Shown here: positions 9,674-18,389 of the stretch, piece by piece
How the letters are laid out: each line of letters opens with the position of its first letter
How positions within the stretch are numbered: position 1 is the stretch's first letter
NCBI GenBank assembly: GCA_963817985.1
Contig: CAWFQI010000005.1
Location: forward strand, 35,731 to 99,730
Reading direction: 5' to 3'
Length of the DNA: 64,000 bases
Source: an uncultured Acidimicrobiaceae bacterium
Lineage (GTDB): Bacteria; Actinomycetota; Acidimicrobiia; Acidimicrobiales; RAAP-2
Position numbers and translations under genes: made by a program
Notes under the pieces: model-generated
What the model saw: only the letters and a program-made list of their open reading frames with translations
What the model was told of the DNA's origin: nothing
The model's database searches: none

Positions 9674-10348
9674 TCAGGTACCAGCCGCGTCGCGGCGCTG
9701 CTCATGGGCGGCGCGTTCGGCCACTCTGGTTGCGTAACTTGCCGCTTGGGTCCGTCGTTCCATACCAAGCTTGGCCAAGAGGTTCGAGACGTAGTTCTTG
9801 ACGGTCTTCTCGGCCAGGAAGAGAGTGGCAGCGATTTGTCGGTTCGTCTGGCCTTCAGCCACCAGGTCGAGAATGCGACGTTCTTGAGGAGTAAGGGAAG
9901 CCATGAGCGGGTCCTCGACAGGGCCATTATGCATCTGCTTGGTAATCCGATCCACCAGCGACGGATCGAGCAGGGACTGTCCGGCAGCCACTCGCCGAAC
10001 GTCATCCACCAAGCTGCTCCCTCCCACCTGCTTCAGGACGTAGCCCGATGCGCCTGCCATTACCGCAGCAAACAGCGCCTCATCATCAGCGTAAGACGTG
10101 AGCATGATGCAGGAGATAGCCGGTTGGCTCGAGCGAATGTCCCGACACACCTCGATTCCACTGCCGTCAGGAAGCCGAACGTCCAAAAGAGCGACATCAG
10201 GGCGGGTCGGGGGGATACGGTCCAAAGCCTCAGCTGCAGTTGACGCTTCGCCAACGACAACAAGGTCGTCCTCGGACTCCAGAAGTGACCGAAGGCCCGT
10301 GCGGACGATCTCATGATCGTCAAGAAGGAAGATTCTTACACTGGGCAC
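9674..10348 (-). CDS. NarL/LuxR-family response regulator (DevR/DosR-like)
   Basis: Receiver domain (IFLLDDHEIV...ALLDVRLPDGSG) plus a LuxR HTH (LTPQERRILDLVAEGQTNRQIAATLFLAEKTVKNYVSNLLAKLG). I placed the start at GTG 10348, which is preceded by AAGGGAG. The ORF track extends to 10483. Confidence 0.85.
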   Translation of the reverse strand: MPSVRIFLLDDHEIVRTGLRSLLESEDDLVVVGEASTAAEALDRIPPTRPDVALLDVRLPDGSGIEVCRDIRSSQPAISCIMLTSYADDEALFAAVMAGASGYVLKQVGGSSLVDDVRRVAAGQSLLDPSLVDRITKQMHNGPVEDPLMASLTPQERRILDLVAEGQTNRQIAATLFLAEKTVKNYVSNLLAKLGMERRTQAASYATRVAERAAHEQRRDAAGT

Positions 10349-10471
10349 ACCCACTCCCTTCTGCTCATCCCGCCCACTGGTGATCCTGGTCGGAGCATTT
10401 TCCGTGCTGAGGTAGGGTGTCGTGACGGCCTGGACAAGGCTAGTAGCCTTCTGCTCCTCCTGTGAGGCATC

Positions 10472-11608
10472 GTGCCCTACCACTCGATAGAGGATCCAGC
10501 CAAGCTTCGTCGGGTCCTCGAGGCGACCCTACTGCTCGAGGCAGATCTCGATCTGCCCACCCTGCTCCGCCACATAGTCGACGAAGCCCAGTCCATGACC
10601 AGTGCACGATACGGGGCGCTCGGCGTTCTCGACGAGCACGGGACCGCTCTCTCGGAGTTCATTACGGTGGGAATGGATGCAGAGGAAGAGGTGGTCATCG
10701 GAGTCCGGCCAACCGGGCGCGGCGTGCTGGGACTTCTCATCTCCGACCCGAGGCCGATGCGGTCCGCGCACCTGCAGACCCACGAATCGAGTTACGGATT
10801 CCCTCAGGGCCACCCGCCAATGACCTCCTTCCTCGGCGTTCCCATCACCGTCCGGGGGAAGGTCTACGGCAACCTCTATCTCACCGACAAGGTCGGTTGG
10901 TCGGAGTTCACCGGCGATGACGAGGCCTTGATCGAGGCGTTGGCCGTTACGGCTGGCATCGCCATCGAGAACGCACGCCTCCACACTCGAGTGCAGGAGG
11001 TGGCGGTGTACGAGGAGCGGGACCGTCTGGCCCGAGATCTCCACGACACAGTGATCCAACGACTGTTCGCCATCGGTCTGGCACTGCAAAGTATGACGTC
11101 GACGACGGACGGCGAACGGAATGCGGAGCGATTGGCCAAGACCATCACGGATGTCGACGACACTATCCGTCAGGTTCGCACCAGCATCTTCGAACTCGGT
11201 TCGGACGGGCTGGGACAGGGAACCAGGGATCAGGTTCTTGCCCTCGTAAAAGAACTCAGATCGGTCGTCGGGTTCGATATCCGGGTGTCGCTCGATGGCC
11301 CCATCGATACCGCCGTTCCCGACATGGTGAGAGAAAATCTCCTTGCGGTGATCCGCGAGGCCGTGACCAATATCGGCCGTCATGCCAGGGCCTCAGCTGC
11401 CTCCGTGAGCGTCGATCTGACCGATAGACAGTGCCGTCTACAGGTGGTGGACAACGGTCAGGGACTCGCTGGGACCCAGTTGGACGATGGTGGCCTCGGA
11501 CTCGGCAACCTCAGACGCCGAGCCGAAAAGCTTCACGGGCAGTGCACCTTCGATTGCCCCGATGGCGGTGGGACCAGGCTGGTGTGGCTCGTCCCGATCG
11601 ATCAGTAG
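10472..11608 (+). CDS. GAF-domain sensor histidine kinase (HisKA_3 / HATPase_c, DevS/DosT-like but with a single GAF domain)
   Basis: GAF region (LLRHIVDEAQSMTSARYGALGVL...VPITVRGKVYGNLYLTDK), an H-box RDRLARDLHDTVIQRLF, and a C-terminal ATPase with G-box DNGQGL...GGLGLGNL. It is divergent from the regulator. Confidence 0.85.
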   Translation: MPYHSIEDPAKLRRVLEATLLLEADLDLPTLLRHIVDEAQSMTSARYGALGVLDEHGTALSEFITVGMDAEEEVVIGVRPTGRGVLGLLISDPRPMRSAHLQTHESSYGFPQGHPPMTSFLGVPITVRGKVYGNLYLTDKVGWSEFTGDDEALIEALAVTAGIAIENARLHTRVQEVAVYEERDRLARDLHDTVIQRLFAIGLALQSMTSTTDGERNAERLAKTITDVDDTIRQVRTSIFELGSDGLGQGTRDQVLALVKELRSVVGFDIRVSLDGPIDTAVPDMVRENLLAVIREAVTNIGRHARASAASVSVDLTDRQCRLQVVDNGQGLAGTQLDDGGLGLGNLRRRAEKLHGQCTFDCPDGGGTRLVWLVPIDQ

Positions 11609-11774
11609 CCTCCGGCGGTGGCAGGACAGGGCGGTTATCGGACCGGCAGCATGTTTCTTTGAGATCGTGCTCGTCTCAGCCTCGAACGGTTGGCGGGCCT
11701 GAGGGCGGTTTTGATGAGCACACGCGCTACAGATTGTCGGCGCGACAGACCCGAAGTAGCTACATTCGGTGTCA

Positions 11775-12773
11775 ATGCGCGCATGGGTAGTGGATACACC
11801 CGGCCCGGTCGATACCAACCCTCTACGGAGAGTCGAGCGGGACATCCCGGAACCGGGACCTGGACAGTTGCGTGTGCACGTCCGCACCTGCGGGGTGTGT
11901 CGGACCGATCTCCATCTGGCCGAGGGGGACCTCAGGCCCAAGCACAGCCGGGTGGTCCCCGGTCACGAAGTTGTCGGGATCGTCGAAAATCTGGGCGCGA
12001 TGTGTGTCCGCTTCAGGGTCGGAGATCGTGTGGGAGTGCCCTGGCTCGCCCAGACGTGCGGAACGTGCCACTTCTGTGTCGATGGAAGGGAGAATCTCTG
12101 CCTCAACCCACTGTTCACCGGATGGGACCTCGATGGCGGGTATGCCGAGTTCGTCATTGTCGAGGAGGAGTTTGCTTACCCGATCCCAGAGGTCTTCGAC
12201 GATGAACAGGCTGCGCCCCTGCTGTGTGCGGGAATAATCGGCTACCGGGCCCTTCGACGATCCCGACTTCCACCCGGCGGTCGGCTGGGGATCTATGGAT
12301 TCGGCGGTTCCGCGCATTTGACCGCCCAGATCGCCATGGCTGAAGGAGCGCGCGTCCACGTCATGACCCGAGCGCCCGAAGCGCGGGATCTTGCCCTTCA
12401 GCTTGGCGTGACAAGCGCCGCAGGTGCCGACGACCCGCCCCCAGAACCACTCGACGCTGCGATTCTCTTTGCACCAGTCGGCACGCTGGTACTCCCCGCA
12501 TTGTCAGCACTCGAGCGTGGAGGAGTGCTCGCCGTAGCGGGGATACATCTCAGCGACATTCCGAGTCTCAACTACCAGGAGCACCTTTTTGAGGAACGGT
12601 CGCTTTGCAGTGTGACCGCAAATACCCGCCGGGATGGCGAAGAGTTCCTTCGAGCGGCTGCCCAGGTGCCAGTGCACGTGTCCACGGTGCCCTACCCCTT
12701 TGACGAGGCGGATCGGGCCCTGTCCGATCTGGCTCACGACCGGGTGACGGGGGCTGCAGTCCTGGTCAACTAG
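11775..12773 (+). CDS. Zinc-dependent alcohol dehydrogenase (MDR family)
   Basis: MRAWVV N-terminus, [15 protein letters not shown] and GHEVVG zinc motifs, and an [10 protein letters not shown] Rossmann motif. The ORF track starts at GTG 11769. Confidence 0.85.
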   Translation: MRAWVVDTPGPVDTNPLRRVERDIPEPGPGQLRVHVRTCGVCRTDLHLAEGDLRPKHSRVVPGHEVVGIVENLGAMCVRFRVGDRVGVPWLAQTCGTCHFCVDGRENLCLNPLFTGWDLDGGYAEFVIVEEEFAYPIPEVFDDEQAAPLLCAGIIGYRALRRSRLPPGGRLGIYGFGGSAHLTAQIAMAEGARVHVMTRAPEARDLALQLGVTSAAGADDPPPEPLDAAILFAPVGTLVLPALSALERGGVLAVAGIHLSDIPSLNYQEHLFEERSLCSVTANTRRDGEEFLRAAAQVPVHVSTVPYPFDEADRALSDLAHDRVTGAAVLVN

Positions 12774-12786
12774 GGACCTTTGACCC
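12773..12786 (+). promoter_or_regulatory. DosR/DevR-like 14-bp box (GGGACCTTTGACCC)
   Basis: Overlaps the last base of the ADH stop codon and lies 36 nt upstream of the PPOX-like ATG at 12823. Same orientation relative to the downstream gene as the other boxes. Confidence 0.45.
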
Positions 12787-12822
12787 TGACCATTCCGCTC
12801 GTGGGGGTTCACTATCCTCCGG

Positions 12823-13266
12823 ATGGGACGTGGTACCGATACGGAGATGGGCAGGCTGTCGCGCCAGGAGTGCCTGACCCGACTGGCCTCGACAGAGCTG
12901 GGGCGCATCGGCGTAACCGTGCATGCCCTTCCCGTAATTCTCCCCGTGCATTTCGCAGTGGTGGACGAGCTGATCCAGTTCGGTACCACCAGGAACACGC
13001 GAGTTGACACCGCGACGAGCGGTGCGGTCATCGCCTTTCAAGCTGATGGTTACGACTCGGTAGCTGACACCTGGTGGACGGTATTGCTCCAGGGGATAGC
13101 TGCTCCAGTGGACCTCCGTGAGGCCGTCGACGGTACCGATCTTCCGACGTCGAAGATTTGGTCCGTCGCCCCGGGCGACACCCAGGTCTTCCGACTCAGC
13201 TCAGACAATATGTTCGGGCGAGCGTTCCCAGGATTCGTGCGCCCATTCCCAGTCCAGCGCACCTAA
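12823..13266 (+). CDS. Pyridoxamine 5'-phosphate oxidase (PPOX) family / flavin- or F420-binding split-barrel protein
   Basis: N-terminus ...MGRLSRQECLTRLASTELGRIGV... and its ~140-aa length are typical of the PPOX-like family. An alternative start is M9 at 12847. Confidence 0.7.
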   Translation: MGRGTDTEMGRLSRQECLTRLASTELGRIGVTVHALPVILPVHFAVVDELIQFGTTRNTRVDTATSGAVIAFQADGYDSVADTWWTVLLQGIAAPVDLREAVDGTDLPTSKIWSVAPGDTQVFRLSSDNMFGRAFPGFVRPFPVQRT

Positions 13267-13561
13267 ACCTCCTGGAACACAACCTCCGCGGCTCGATGCA
13301 ACGCACCGGCAGAGGGACCGGAGTCGGGGAGTCTCTAGCTGACCCTGGAGTTGATGCAACAGGAGAACCGTGCATCTCGATCTCCTCCGGGCGAATGCGG
13401 ATGACGATCGCCGGCCGACGTCATCTACCTCCACTGGCTGATCGATCACTTCACGTCACCATGAAACGTGGGGGTGAGCTCGATCATGGCGACCGATCAG
13501 AAGAATCGGATCACCGAACTTACGGCGGCTTCGTTGGTGAGGTCAGATCGCGTCCGGTAGA

Positions 13562-13575
13562 GGGACTTTTGGCCC
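13562..13575 (+). promoter_or_regulatory. DosR/DevR-like 14-bp box (GGGACTTTTGGCCC)
   Basis: Lies 31 nt upstream of ATG 13607. Matches 12/14 positions of the GGGACTWWAGTCCC core. Confidence 0.45.
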
Positions 13576-13606
13576 TACTGCCCCTGTGGCTTCGTCCTCA
13601 TCATGA

Positions 13607-14221
13607 ATGGTGAAGGTGCTGGAGACGGGAGAGAACGTGGATTCGAAGATGACGAAGGCGGTTGCCTCGCCCACCATTGGACATCGCTCCGACGTTGGCG
13701 TGGCTACGTCGGAGGGTGGGACGCCCGAAGCAGCCTTCAGCGCCGCTCTCGACGGCCTGGCCGCAACGGGAGCCAGCGTCGACATGCGAGAGTTGGTGGA
13801 GCTCATCGTCCAACACGGGGCAGAGGAGGGCGCCCTGCTTGCCACCTATGGCACGCTCGCCACCGAGTCACCGGATGAAAGCGTGCGGTACCTCATCAAC
13901 CTGATCCTCGAGGACGAGCACCGGCACCATCGGCTGCTCGCTGAACTCGGCAACGCCATGGCCTGGGGAGTGGCGTCGGAGGCTCCGTCGCCGGCGGTTC
14001 CTAGACTGCCGAGGGCTATCGATGGTGCGCTGCTGGAGCAGACGAAGCTTCTGCGAAACTCGGAGGAGGCCGACTATCGGGCACTCCAAGGCCTAAGGCG
14101 ACGATTGAGGCCCTTCGCCGACACCACACTGTGGGTGCTGGTGGTGGACCTCATGCTGCTCGACACCAAGAAGCACGCCACCATTCTGCGGTTCCTCGAA
14201 CGACGTCGGAATAATCGTTGA
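13607..14221 (+). CDS. Hypothetical protein, possibly ferritin-like (EDEHRHH motif)
   Basis: 204-aa ORF with good GC3 and helical repeats containing LILEDEHRHHRLLAELG. Coding status is fairly secure, the product is not. Confidence 0.55.
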   Translation: MVKVLETGENVDSKMTKAVASPTIGHRSDVGVATSEGGTPEAAFSAALDGLAATGASVDMRELVELIVQHGAEEGALLATYGTLATESPDESVRYLINLILEDEHRHHRLLAELGNAMAWGVASEAPSPAVPRLPRAIDGALLEQTKLLRNSEEADYRALQGLRRRLRPFADTTLWVLVVDLMLLDTKKHATILRFLERRRNNR

Positions 14222-14371
14222 CCAGGTAGCTACCTCGCCCAACGACGACCTCGGATACGGCGCCTATGCATGGACTAGAGGCTCAACGCGACGATCGTTC
14301 GGTCCTCGACTGTCCGTTGCCCGGCGGGGGACATCACTTCTACCTACCGTGCCTGGCAGCGAAGTTCTTCA

Positions 14372-14758
14372 ATGCCGGTGTCACCTCAAACCAGAATGGA
14401 GTGTCGAATGGCTGAGGAGTTTCGTGATGACAAGCAGTTGCTCGTCATGGCCGATGTGCCGGGCCTGGGACCAGACCAGATCTCAGTCTCGATCACCGCA
14501 GACATCCTTCATATCTCCGCGCAACGAACCAGTCGAGTGGACGTACGGGGATCGGACCTTCGCAACGGGAGGTTCGTACGGGACATCCGGCTTCCTCCGG
14601 GAACCGACGAGTGGAGCGTCACTGCCACGTATGCCGACGGGGTGCTCGAGATTAGGGCTCCCATGAGGGACCCCGGCGGAATCAGTCGAGTAGTACCCGT
14701 TCAGTGTGATCAGAAGTCTCGCACCACAGACTCCGGCCTGACCCTTAGCGACGGATAG
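14372..14758 (+). CDS. Hsp20/alpha-crystallin family small heat-shock protein (very short N-terminal arm)
   Basis: The alpha-crystallin domain ...DDKQLLVMADVPGLGPDQISVSI...GRFVRDIRLPPGTDEWSVTATYADGVLEIRAP aligns by eye with M. tuberculosis HspX from about residue 38 onward. Possible starts are 14372, 14396 or 14408; the last has GGAG 7 nt upstream. Confidence 0.8.
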   Translation: MPVSPQTRMECRMAEEFRDDKQLLVMADVPGLGPDQISVSITADILHISAQRTSRVDVRGSDLRNGRFVRDIRLPPGTDEWSVTATYADGVLEIRAPMRDPGGISRVVPVQCDQKSRTTDSGLTLSDG

Positions 14759-15008
14759 GGACTCTCGTTGCGGAGATTCGCGGCGACACGAGATGGCCGT
14801 GATTCATGTGCCCCGGCACCGGTGCTTGCGGTGCAAGTTCAGGCGCCGTCGGACGGCCGCTGATGATTGCTTCTAGAGCGCTCCCGAAGTGCACCCCGTC
14901 GCTGTGGGCCAAATGGTGAGATTGAGGGCCCAAACCTCCCCGGTGCAGTTGGAATCGACAGATGGGGCAGGTAGGAGGAATCGGCTGGCTGGGCACGGTC
15001 TCACGATT

Positions 15009-15022
15009 GTGACCTTAGGCCC
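15009..15022 (+). promoter_or_regulatory. Weaker DosR-like box (GTGACCTTAGGCCC)
   Basis: Lies 77 nt upstream of ATG 15100. It differs from the three stronger boxes at three positions. Confidence 0.25.
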
Positions 15023-15099
15023 TAGGACCACGTACTGACTCAGCGCAGGATAGGGAAAAGCGTGTGCCAGTGAGGCAGCGCTCAATCAAGGAGCAGAAC

Positions 15100-15723
15100 A
15101 TGAACCGAAAGCTATTCGACGTGCTGGCCAGTGTCATCGGCGTAGCCATGGTGGTGGTCCTCGTCGTGGCGGGCGGACTGCTCATGTGGGGCTACAGCTT
15201 CGCCAACTCAAACGTTCACAATCAGTTGGCCCAGCAGCAGATCACCTTTCCACCAGCGGCGGCCTTCGCCCACCCCGTCGCCGGTAGTGAGATCACTCCC
15301 TCGATGGTCGGCACGGTAAGCAAGTATGCCGGTCAACCTCTGACGACGGGGGCCCAGGCCGAGGTCTACGCCAACGACTTCATCGCCGTGCACTTGGCCG
15401 AGATCGGAGGAGGTAAAACCTACGCCCAGCTGAGTGCCGCGGCCATGGCTCTGCCCAAGGGTTCTGCGGCCTACACGGCGGCCGAGGCCAAGGTCCAGTC
15501 TGTCTTCCAGGGGACCACGCTTCGTGGACTTCTTCTCGAGGCCTACGCCTTCGGGACCTTTGCCACCATCGCCCTGGTCGCCGGAATCGCCGCCTTCGTC
15601 TTGGCTGCTCTCATCGCACTCCTGGCAGGCTTCGGCTTCTGGCACGCTCGTCGGACCGACGAAGCCAAGGAGTTGGCGGTCCACACTAACGCCGCCGACG
15701 CCAAGGTCCTGGCCCCCGCCTGA
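15100..15723 (+). CDS. Hypothetical membrane protein (N- and C-terminal TM helices)
   Basis: ATG 15100 is preceded by AAGGAG. Has an N-terminal TM helix (VLASVIGVAMVVVLVVAGGLLMW) and a C-terminal TM helix. Confidence 0.7.
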   Translation: MNRKLFDVLASVIGVAMVVVLVVAGGLLMWGYSFANSNVHNQLAQQQITFPPAAAFAHPVAGSEITPSMVGTVSKYAGQPLTTGAQAEVYANDFIAVHLAEIGGGKTYAQLSAAAMALPKGSAAYTAAEAKVQSVFQGTTLRGLLLEAYAFGTFATIALVAGIAAFVLAALIALLAGFGFWHARRTDEAKELAVHTNAADAKVLAPA

Positions 15724-15751
15724 GCCAGGACTCTCACCCCTTAGCGACCCT

Positions 15752-15783
15752 CCACCCGGCCCAGCTTTCTGCGGGCCGGGTGG
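15752..15783. terminator. GC-rich hairpin between convergent genes (11-bp perfect stem, no U-tail)
   Basis: CCACCCGGCCC (15752-15762), a 10-nt loop, then GGGCCGGGTGG (15773-15783). Lies between the end of the + gene at 15723 and the end of the - gene at 15931. Confidence 0.45.
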
Positions 15784-15930
15784 ATCGCGTCGCCGGCCGA
15801 GATCGAGCAGCACATGCGTCTCGATATCCGCTTGGCTGTGCGTTTCCTCGCGCAGGAGTGAGGTTGGTCGTTCCGCCTCGCCGTGGGCCGGAACGGGATT
15901 CGCCGCTACCCCGTCCGCGACGTTGCAGCA

Positions 15931-17274
15931 CTAAGGCAGATACTCGATGACTACCTCTCGGCGGATGGTGGTGATTACGTCGGCCAACTCGGTGTGGTCA
16001 CTCACCCGGCCACGAACACAGACCACATGGGATTCGGTGCCGTCCTTCCACGAGACGGAAGTGCCGGGACCCCTGTTGGTGCTCACGCTCTCCACAACAG
16101 CCAAGGCCGCGATCCCATCGAGTCCACCAACCGCGGCCACACGTTCCGCTGCCATCGGAGGCTGCAGCATCAACCAGAACCCCACGCCTTCGCACTCGAC
16201 CAGGTCGTCGAACACAACGGGTATCCCGGCAGCAATCAGGCACGACGTCTGGAAGAGGTTGACCGTGGAGACACTGCCGAGCACGAACGGGGGTCTGCCG
16301 CCCAAGCGCCCATTCACCTCGATGACCCTCAGGTCATCCGGAGTGACCTTGATCTCGGTGTGGATCACCGCATCGAGAATGCCCAGAGCCTTGATTGCAC
16401 TATCGACCAGTTCGAGGGCATGGGGTTGCATGGACGGCGGAACAAGCGCAGGAATGAAGTTTCCGGTCTCTCGGAACGGCTCCGCCAACGGAAACCGCCC
16501 GGTGAACGCCACATGGCTGATCCGACCGGCACTGACCACACTCTCCACGGAGAAGTAGCTGGCTGTCCAGGCCTCGTGGTCGGATCCGTCAAGCAGATAC
16601 TCTTCGAGCAGGAAACCGCCTTCGCTGGTCTCCTCGGTGAGAACGGCGTGAAGTTCCTCGGCTGACACCAGGTGCCGGATATTCCTGCTCCCGCTTCCCT
16701 CCGCTGGTTTGAGGACCAGTGGGAAGCTGACTCGGTCGCACAAGTCATCGATGGCCTCGGTGGAGAGATCGGTCTCTACCGGCCAAAAGGCTGGACCAGG
16801 AACGCCCGCTCGATCAAGGCACTCACGCTGGAGTCGTTTGTCCACCAACACTCGAGCCACCTCCGGGGTGTGGTAGCGCAAGCCAAGACGCTCGGCCAGA
16901 GCAGCCGCGGTCTCCACCAGATCGTCCACGTAGGTCACAATGCCCTCAGGTCGATGCGGAGCCAGTATGCCGGCCGCGGCATCGTGATCCAGACCGGCTA
17001 GATCGGCCACAGTCCCTAGCCGGTGCAGTAGGCGGAGGGTCGTCGCGTCGTACTCTGATCCATCGATCACCCACAGCAGCTCTGCTGCTTCCCCGACCTG
17101 TGCAAAGAGGTCCAGCGGAAAGAATGAGCGCGGATGATGAAGGACTGCCACCCGGGGGCGAGGCGCCGGCGTCTGCGGATTGGGTGCCGAAACATTCTCG
17201 GTGGACGTGCGTGGATCACCCTTCACGTTCGTTGCGGGCTCCTCTACCGAACCCTCGGCCTCCTGGATGTCCAT
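15931..17274 (-). CDS. ATP-grasp domain protein (L-amino-acid-ligase-like)
   Basis: The central region ...FPLVLKPAEGSGSRNI...FLLEEYL...IHTEIKVTPDDLRVIEVNGRLGG is typical of ATP-grasp ligases. I placed the start at ATG 17274 (MDIQEAEG...). The ORF track extends to 17403. Confidence 0.75.
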   Translation of the reverse strand: MDIQEAEGSVEEPATNVKGDPRTSTENVSAPNPQTPAPRPRVAVLHHPRSFFPLDLFAQVGEAAELLWVIDGSEYDATTLRLLHRLGTVADLAGLDHDAAAGILAPHRPEGIVTYVDDLVETAAALAERLGLRYHTPEVARVLVDKRLQRECLDRAGVPGPAFWPVETDLSTEAIDDLCDRVSFPLVLKPAEGSGSRNIRHLVSAEELHAVLTEETSEGGFLLEEYLLDGSDHEAWTASYFSVESVVSAGRISHVAFTGRFPLAEPFRETGNFIPALVPPSMQPHALELVDSAIKALGILDAVIHTEIKVTPDDLRVIEVNGRLGGRPPFVLGSVSTVNLFQTSCLIAAGIPVVFDDLVECEGVGFWLMLQPPMAAERVAAVGGLDGIAALAVVESVSTNRGPGTSVSWKDGTESHVVCVRGRVSDHTELADVITTIRREVVIEYLP

Positions 17275-17720
17275 CCCTGCATATCGACATTCTGAGCGTG
17301 CGGGTTGAACCGAATCCCCGATGGCAGCTGGATTTCCTCGGAGAACCCAGCGATCCCGTCCCGCTGCCACCGACCGCGTGTCTGGAACGCCCGACGAGAG
17401 CAAGCGGAGCGTCAGTCCGTTTTTGACGCATCACCCCACTTCACAGCCCTATTCTGGTTGAAATTTGGCTGGCCTAAGAGAGTTCGCGACGTTGCCGCAG
17501 CGTCCAGACCCGTGGCGGACTGTCATCGGGCCGGGTTTCAAGGTCGTAGCGGTACGTCGGACCCCAGGGACTCCACTCCTACGACCGGCACATCCAATTC
17601 AGCTGGCCGGTCGGCGACCTTCCGGACTCGGTCGGCCGACTGTAGGAAAGGATCGCAGACCGTGCGATCTGAGCGTTTGGGCGTCATGTCCGCGTCATGT
17701 TGTGCGACTAGACAAGGGTC

Positions 17721-18389
17721 GTGCGAGTACTCATCGCTGAAGACGATGAGGGGCTGCGGTCCGTGCTCCGCCGCGGGCTCCAAGAGCATGGCTACGTCGT
17801 CGATGCCGTGGCCAGCGGCCAGCTGGCCCTCCGCTACCTGGAAACCTACGAGTACGAGGTGGCCATCGTCGACTGGCGGATGCCCGAGGTCAGCGGCCTC
17901 GAGCTAATTCAACGATTGCGCCGCCGTGGGTCGGCTCTTCCCATCTTGATGCTCACCGCCCGCGATGCCGCAAGCGACCGAGTCGTTGGACTCGACGAGG
18001 GGGCCGACGACTATCTTGTCAAGCCGTTCGACTTCACGGAACTCCTGGCGAGAGTGCGGGCATTGCAGCGCCGAGGAGAGTCTCTGCAATCGAGAGTTGT
18101 TGAAGTGGCCGACCTAACGCTGGATACCACCACCCGCGAGGTGCGCGTCGGAAAACACGATCCGCACCTAACCGCCACCGAACTCTCGCTGCTGGAGATT
18201 CTGATCCGACGCTCGCCTGCCGTTGTGTCTCGCCGTTCGATCGCACTAGCAGTTTGGGACGAGGAGGCCGACGCGCTCGGCTCCAACACACTGGATGTTC
18301 ACCTTGCCAGGCTGCGAGGAAAAATCGCCGCGAGCGGTGCCAAAATCGAATCAGTACGGGGCCTGGGCTACCGGGTGGTCCCGACGTGA
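17721..18389 (+). CDS. OmpR/PhoB-family response regulator
   Basis: Receiver domain (MRVLIAEDDEGL...VDWRMPEVSG...YLVKPF) plus a winged-helix domain (...LTATELSLLEIL...VRGLGYRV). Confidence 0.9.
   Translation: MRVLIAEDDEGLRSVLRRGLQEHGYVVDAVASGQLALRYLETYEYEVAIVDWRMPEVSGLELIQRLRRRGSALPILMLTARDAASDRVVGLDEGADDYLVKPFDFTELLARVRALQRRGESLQSRVVEVADLTLDTTTREVRVGKHDPHLTATELSLLEILIRRSPAVVSRRSIALAVWDEEADALGSNTLDVHLARLRGKIAASGAKIESVRGLGYRVVPT

Noticed and set aside
14266-14413. Possible sixth frameshift: a 49-codon ORF in another frame upstream of hsp20 that might supply the missing N-terminal arm
   Set aside because: Its translation (MHGLEAQRDDRSVLDCPLPGGGHHFYLPCLAAKFFNAGVTS...) does not resemble sHSP N-termini, and its GC3 is only moderate. 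The evidence is insufficient to call it.
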